From an uncultured Oscillospiraceae bacterium (lineage in GTDB: Bacteria > Bacillota > Clostridia > Oscillospirales > Acutalibacteraceae): a stretch of 39,323 bases of DNA. The notes below the pieces were generated by a model that was given only the letters and a program-made list of their open reading frames with translations, was not told the DNA's origin and did no database searches. Location: positions 1-39,323 of the forward strand of contig CATWUX010000001.1 in the NCBI GenBank assembly GCA_958354085.1, given 5' to 3'. Both the position numbers and the translations under genes were made by a program. Of this stretch, positions 35,263-39,323 are shown in pieces (the first letter of the stretch is position 1; every line of letters begins with the position of its first letter).

Positions 35263-36207
35263 TTAAAACAGCCCCGTGTCGGTAACCTTTTTGGCAATCC
35301 TATTCGAGATGATTACCAGAATCAAGCCCACCACATTATTGAACAGCGATACCGCCGCCGAAAAGCTGTACTGCTGTCCCTGAAGGCCGCTTTTATAAAC
35401 ATAAGTACCAATGATCTCCGAAACACCCAGATTCAGATCATTCTGCATCAACAATACCTTTTCATATCCCAGCGTGAGCATTTTCCCCATACTGAGGATC
35501 AGCAAAATGACGATCGTGGGTATAATCGTGGGGATATCAATGTGCCAGATACGTTTGATCTTGGAAGCGCCGTCAATAGTGGCAGCCTCAATCAAATCCG
35601 GATCCACCGCGGACAAAGCCGCAATATAGATCACCGCCTCGGAGCCCATGGATGACCAAATACCCGATATAAAATAAGACGGCAGAAAATACTTAGGATC
35701 CCCCTGAAAATAAATAGCTTCCAATCCGAATTTTTCGCGTAGGATATTCAGCAATCCGGTTTCCTGATTGGTGAACAGATTGATGATGCTGACAACAACG
35801 ACCATGGACACCAGATGCGGCAGGTAGGTCGCTGTCTGGCTGAATTTCCGTATTCCCTTAACGGAGCAATTATGTACCAGCAAAGCAAAAATGATCGGCA
35901 AGGGCCAGAGCAGGAAATTCTGAATAAAGGTGATAACCAGCGTGTTTTTCAGGATCGTGGTAAACAAACTGGAATTAAACAACCGCTCAAAATGCTTCAG
36001 TCCTACCCATCGGCCTTCCCAGAGAGCGTCTCCGATACGCAGATCCTTGAACGCAATGGTCAAGCCATACATGGGAATAAAATGAAATATCACCAGACAT
36101 ATCAATCCGGGCAGTAATAAAACATACAGCTGCCAGGACTGGATTACGCTTCGCAGTGTGCCGTTTTTCCGCTTATTCTGCAATGGGCTCTGGATGGTTT
36201 TAGCCAA
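35263..36207 (-). CDS. carbohydrate ABC transporter permease (LplB/MalF-like), TTG start
   Basis: The ORF track extends to 36342 and overlaps the upstream gene. AAGGAGGAG (36215-36223) lies 7 nt before TTG 36207, giving (M)AKTIQSPLQNKRKNGTLRSVIQSWQLYVLLLPGL, a typical LplB N-terminus. The EAA loop is IEAATIDGASKIKRIWHIDIPTI. Confidence 0.85.
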   Translation of the reverse strand: MAKTIQSPLQNKRKNGTLRSVIQSWQLYVLLLPGLICLVIFHFIPMYGLTIAFKDLRIGDALWEGRWVGLKHFERLFNSSLFTTILKNTLVITFIQNFLLWPLPIIFALLVHNCSVKGIRKFSQTATYLPHLVSMVVVVSIINLFTNQETGLLNILREKFGLEAIYFQGDPKYFLPSYFISGIWSSMGSEAVIYIAALSAVDPDLIEAATIDGASKIKRIWHIDIPTIIPTIVILLILSMGKMLTLGYEKVLLMQNDLNLGVSEIIGTYVYKSGLQGQQYSFSAAVSLFNNVVGLILVIISNRIAKKVTDTGLF

Positions 36208-36232
36208 GTTTTTTCTCCTCCTTATCCGGATA

Positions 36233-37681
36233 TTAATCCGGAATGTCCACGATGCCGCCCTTGGCGCGAATTTTTTTCCGCAGCAGCTGCACATCAATAT
36301 TTTTGAACGTTGTCTTCCCTTGAATCGCCATGCCGGCTGCAATCCCCGCCGCCTGACCGATCGCCATACAGGTGGACATGATCCGTACCGGTCCCAACGC
36401 CTGACCGTCAGCGGCGATACAGCGTCCTGCCGCTACAATATTACAGGAATTTTTCGGAATCATGGCGAAATATGGAATACAGGCAATTCGATTCTTAACA
36501 GACAACCCCTTATCCGCGAACGGCTGATGATCACCAAATCCCTCCGTCTGCGACTTCGCACCCCGAGCCAGATCAAAATGCCGCCCGGCCAGAGCAATGG
36601 TATCGGGAAAGCGCTTGCCTTCCAGCATATCCTCGGCCGTCAGCGTATACTCTCCCACGATTCTCCGGGTTTCCCGGACGCCCGGATAGGTAGCAGAAAG
36701 ACGCAAACGGCAATTTTCTGCACCGGGAATGTGTTTTCTGAACACATATTCCACCAAGTGTTTGGCGCGCTGACGGCCCATCAGGGCAATCTGGGTAAGA
36801 TCCTCGGCCGAAGTGCCATCATAACCGTTGTGTGTCGTACCGCCGTTGACCATAAACACTCCATCCTGTACCATGGGGAAAATGATCAGATTACGCGGCA
36901 GGCTCAGTTCCGGATGTTCCTCAATCGCCTTTTGACAGGCATCAAAAAACCACGGATGTCCGCCGGCATTCAGATACTGTTCGATAGCGCCGGCATCAAT
37001 ATTTTCAATGTGAATAACAAAGCTGATGCCCGCCATCTTACCGGTTTCCCGATCTCCTTTATAGGTAGCGTAACCGGCTCGGCTGATCAAATCCGCATCG
37101 CCGGTACAATCGACGACCGCTTTCACCGGGACGAAGGTCATCCCGTCTTTGTTGACAAGATAAACGCCCTTGACCACATTGTCCTCAACGCAAACATCTA
37201 AAGCCTGCGTATAAAATAGAATATCGACTCCTGCTTCGGTAACTACCTCGTCCAATACCCGTTTGCCGATTTCCAGATCAAAGGTAAACTCGTCGTGGCA
37301 GCCTAACCGGCTGAGTCCCGGATACTTGTCCGTCTGCCCCAATTTACAAGGGCCTACCCCACCGCCTTCACGCTTGATGCGATCCACGATTTCATCGAAC
37401 AAACCTGCTACCGCTTCCATCGGATGGGGCAAATTCTCATATTGCAAATTCTGTTCCACCATTTTCAAAAAAGGAATGGAACCCGATGTTTTTCCCAAGC
37501 AAAAAGGGAGTGCGCCCGCGGTCGATACACCGCCGAGCATGCCGGTACTCTCTACCAAAAGCGTTTTCAGCCCTTCTCGGCCAGCAGACACTGCTGCGCC
37601 GATTCCAGCCGGCCCCCCGCCCGCTATCAAAACATCGTATTCTTTCCTTGTGGCGACTTCCTTCGAATAGTGCATCACCAT
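36233..37681 (-). CDS. FAD-dependent oxidoreductase (FAD_oxidored / GIDA-like fold), cytoplasmic
   Basis: The N-terminal dinucleotide fold is YDVLIAGGGPAGIGAAVSAGREGLKTLLVE...GG. GGGAGGA precedes ATG 37681, and ATG 37675 is also possible. No signal peptide. Confidence 0.8.
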   Translation of the reverse strand: MVMHYSKEVATRKEYDVLIAGGGPAGIGAAVSAGREGLKTLLVESTGMLGGVSTAGALPFCLGKTSGSIPFLKMVEQNLQYENLPHPMEAVAGLFDEIVDRIKREGGGVGPCKLGQTDKYPGLSRLGCHDEFTFDLEIGKRVLDEVVTEAGVDILFYTQALDVCVEDNVVKGVYLVNKDGMTFVPVKAVVDCTGDADLISRAGYATYKGDRETGKMAGISFVIHIENIDAGAIEQYLNAGGHPWFFDACQKAIEEHPELSLPRNLIIFPMVQDGVFMVNGGTTHNGYDGTSAEDLTQIALMGRQRAKHLVEYVFRKHIPGAENCRLRLSATYPGVRETRRIVGEYTLTAEDMLEGKRFPDTIALAGRHFDLARGAKSQTEGFGDHQPFADKGLSVKNRIACIPYFAMIPKNSCNIVAAGRCIAADGQALGPVRIMSTCMAIGQAAGIAAGMAIQGKTTFKNIDVQLLRKKIRAKGGIVDIPD

Positions 37682-37730
37682 GGTCCTCCCAGTTCTATTC
37701 AATTTTCATCGGCCGCGATGCCGATAAACC

Positions 37731-38327
37731 TTAATCCATATTTTTGCCGCTCCACAAATGCTGCTTCAATTTTTCCACGGCGCGGTTGCGGTCATCATCC
37801 ATCATATCCTGCAGCAGCTGTACATGAGACTGGCGCCCTTCCGTAGTCAGCATTTGGTTGATACGGAAAAAAAGATTGGGAACCGCTGTGCGAACAAACG
37901 CATTGACTAATTCTTCATACCCGGCGAGCGCTACAAGGGATTTGTGCAGTTCCAAATCCAAAGTCCACATATGCATATTGCCCATCGTTTCTCCGCTGTC
38001 CAGCGCCGTTGCCATTTTGTAAAGCTCGTCATAATGCTTTTGAATATCTTCTTTCGTGTACCGCAAGGCGGCGGCACATTCGATGGCTTCCTTGAGGATC
38101 AGATGACCTTTAATATCCTCTCTGGTAAAGTACCGAACAATGGTGCCCTTCCGATCCATGGTCTTTAAAAAGCCTTCGTGTTCCAACTGCATCATGGCTT
38201 CCATAACCGGCGCCACACTGACATTGCACTCCTTGGCTACCTGCCTTCTGTTAATAATATCCCCAGGCTGCAATTGACCGTCCAGCAATTTAGACAGCAG
38301 AATGTTATAGACATTGGTTGAAAGCAT
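37731..38327 (-). CDS. GntR-family transcriptional regulator (FadR/FCD-type C-terminal domain)
   Basis: ATG 38327 lies 6 nt after GGGGGAG. The winged HTH is PGDIINRRQVAKECNVSVAPVMEAMMQLEHEGFLKT, and the C-terminal half is all-helical. Confidence 0.85.
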   Translation of the reverse strand: MLSTNVYNILLSKLLDGQLQPGDIINRRQVAKECNVSVAPVMEAMMQLEHEGFLKTMDRKGTIVRYFTREDIKGHLILKEAIECAAALRYTKEDIQKHYDELYKMATALDSGETMGNMHMWTLDLELHKSLVALAGYEELVNAFVRTAVPNLFFRINQMLTTEGRQSHVQLLQDMMDDDRNRAVEKLKQHLWSGKNMD

Positions 38328-38400
38328 CTTCAACTCCCCCTTTTGTACTTTTTATACTTTCATTTTTGAACTGCTAAAACGCATGCAGCCATCGGACATA

Positions 38401-38415
38401 TCAAGTGATATATCA
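38401..38415. promoter_or_regulatory. operator candidate 1 (TCAAGTGATATATCA, palindromic core TGATATATCA)
   Basis: Exact 15-nt copy of the motif at 38484-38498. It fits the GntR-type GT-Nx-AC palindrome logic and overlaps the -10 of a TTGACA-18-TGATAT minus-strand promoter. Confidence 0.55.
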
Positions 38416-38439
38416 GATTGCTTTATAAAATTTTGTCAA
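38410..38439 (-). promoter_or_regulatory. proximal promoter candidate of the GntR-headed operon
   Basis: On the minus strand, TTGACA (38434-38439), an 18-nt spacer, then TGATAT (38410-38415). Confidence 0.4.
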
Positions 38440-38458
38440 TACTTACCTTTTCGACTTA

Positions 38459-38487
38459 ATAGTAGCATAAGTTCCTTGCCCTGTCAA
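38459..38487 (-). promoter_or_regulatory. distal promoter candidate of the GntR-headed operon
   Basis: On the minus strand, TTGACA (38482-38487), a 17-nt spacer, then TACTAT (38459-38464). Confidence 0.45.
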
Positions 38488-38498
38488 GTGATATATCA
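38484..38498. promoter_or_regulatory. operator candidate 2 (TCAAGTGATATATCA; 12-bp perfect palindrome GTGATATATCAC)
   Basis: The second exact copy, 83 bp from the first. It overlaps the -35 TTGACA (38482-38487) of the distal minus-strand promoter by 4 bp (38484-38487). Confidence 0.55.
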
Positions 38499-38564
38499 CA
38501 TAAAATATCTTCTGCTTTTAAAAAATTTTCTCCTGTCTACCGACCAAAAATAGCTGCAATATGC

Positions 38565-38593
38565 TTGCATATACTATCAAATAAGCATATACT
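38565..38593 (+). promoter_or_regulatory. promoter candidate for the choloylglycine hydrolase gene
   Basis: TTGCAT (38565-38570), a 17-nt spacer, then TATACT (38588-38593), about 40 nt upstream of ATG 38632. Confidence 0.5.
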
Positions 38594-38631
38594 ACATTCA
38601 GTGGATCCCCAATGAAGTGGAAGGTGATTTT

Positions 38632-39323
38632 ATGTGTACAGCGGCAACTTACAAAACCAAAGACTTTTATTTCGGCAGAACATTGGATTATGAGTTTTCC
38701 TATGGCGATGAGATTACGATAACCCCACGCAATTATCCGTTTCATTTCCGAAATATGGGGATTATGAAAACACACCATGCTATGATTGGCATGGCCTATA
38801 TTACGGAAAATTATCCTCTTTATTATGAGGCGATTAATGAAAAAGGGCTTGGGATGGCAGGTCTAAATTTCGTGGGCAATGCCGATTACAAGAAAAAAGT
38901 GGCCGATAAAGACAATGTGGCCCCCTTTGAATTTATTCCATGGATTCTCGGACAGTGTGCCACGGTGAAAGAAGCGAGAAATCTATTACAAAGCATAAAT
39001 CTCATCAACACCCCTTTCAACGACGCCTTGCCATTGGCTCAGCTCCATTGGATTATCGCAGACAGTACCGAAGCGATAACCGTGGAGTCGGTCAAGGAAG
39101 GATTGCAGATATATGCTAATCCGGTAGGAGTTCTGACAAACAATCCGCCCTTTGATGAGCAGATGTTCCAGCTGAATAATTATATGCATTTGTCTCCCAA
39201 AGCACCGAAAAACCATTTCTCCGACCAGTTGCCTTTACAAGTATACAGCCGTGGTATGGGTGCACTGGGGCTTCCGGGAGATTTGTCCTCGGGGTCTCGA
39301 TTTGTCCGAGTTGCCTTCACAAA
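38632..39323 (+). CDS. choloylglycine hydrolase family protein (bile salt hydrolase-like Ntn hydrolase), 3' end outside window
   Basis: This gene is not in the ORF track because it has no stop in the window. GAAGGTG lies 5 nt upstream of the ATG. The translation MCTAATYKTKDFYFGRTLDYEFSY...NEKGLGMAGLNF...LHWIIAD...GVLTNNPPFD...GLPGDLSSGSRFVRVAF has the Cys2 nucleophile and is collinear with Clostridium perfringens conjugated bile acid hydrolase. Confidence 0.85.
   Translation, partial: MCTAATYKTKDFYFGRTLDYEFSYGDEITITPRNYPFHFRNMGIMKTHHAMIGMAYITENYPLYYEAINEKGLGMAGLNFVGNADYKKKVADKDNVAPFEFIPWILGQCATVKEARNLLQSINLINTPFNDALPLAQLHWIIADSTEAITVESVKEGLQIYANPVGVLTNNPPFDEQMFQLNNYMHLSPKAPKNHFSDQLPLQVYSRGMGALGLPGDLSSGSRFVRVAFT

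Noticed and set aside
36208-36342. Upstream extension of the LplB-type permease ORF overlapping the FAD oxidoreductase gene by 110 nt
   Set aside because: A strong AAGGAGGAG sits 7 nt before an in-frame TTG at 36207 and gives a canonical permease N-terminus. The extension is Arg/Cys-rich and not permease-like.
38567-38594. 10-nt direct repeat GCATATACTA (38567-38576 and 38585-38594) near the hydrolase promoter
   Set aside because: The two copies coincide with the -35 and -10 hexamer regions, so the similarity may simply reflect promoter-element composition. There is no independent support.
38518-39216. Minus-strand ORFs of 86 aa and 76 aa (38518-38778, 38986-39216)
   Set aside because: They are antisense to, or overlap, the well-supported choloylglycine hydrolase gene and its promoter.
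1-39323. Mobile element, prophage or defence island
   Set aside because: I saw no integrase, transposase, recombinase, terminal inverted repeats, tRNA attachment site, toxin-antitoxin, restriction or nuclease/helicase-type genes. The content is metabolic and transport-related throughout.

Overview
This 39.3-kb window is about 90% coding, almost all on the minus strand. It reads like chromosomal DNA of a Gram-positive gut anaerobe, probably Clostridia-like. The signs are AGGAGG-type RBSs, lipoprotein Cys boxes, sortase-type and TM C-terminal anchors, and a bile-salt-hydrolase-family gene at the right edge. I saw no rRNA, tRNA, CRISPR array, transposase or integrase. Layout: (1) 2-3374 (+) holds the tail of a sugar ABC operon (two permeases), a cytoplasmic right-handed beta-helix protein and a long ArsR-type regulator. 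(2) 3437-15141 (-) is glycan locus A. It has an orphan sugar SBP, two membrane-anchored jelly-roll (DUF1080/LamG-like) proteins and three tandem BNR/Asp-box propeller paralogues (anchored, cytoplasmic, anchored). A sortase-signal protein made of two jelly-roll repeats and a GH2 glycosidase follow from their own promoter. (3) 15497-18649 (-) is a cobalamin riboswitch plus attenuator controlling a BtuFCD-like (FecCD-type) importer. (4) 18908-19708 (+) is a solitary xylose-isomerase-fold TIM-barrel gene with a 2 x 19-bp tandem repeat at its promoter. (5) 19820-38327 (-) is an 11-gene, tightly spaced string: GntR regulator, FAD-dependent oxidoreductase, two sugar permeases, large SBP, a 1889-aa surface protein (5 jelly-roll modules, 4 Ig-like modules, one BNR propeller, an InlB-B-like repeat, TM anchor), a NanA-type aldolase, an anchored 3 x jelly-roll protein, a cytoplasmic 2 x jelly-roll + propeller paralogue of the giant protein, an uncharacterised 369-aa protein and a YhcH-family protein. 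(6) 38632 to the window edge (+) is a choloylglycine hydrolase family gene. The most interesting signal is (5) taken with (2): a sialic-acid-type catabolic core (NanA, YhcH, ABC importer, redox enzyme) is wired to non-canonical propellers and about 14 DUF1080-like modules. All functions are inferred from motifs read by eye; no searches were run.
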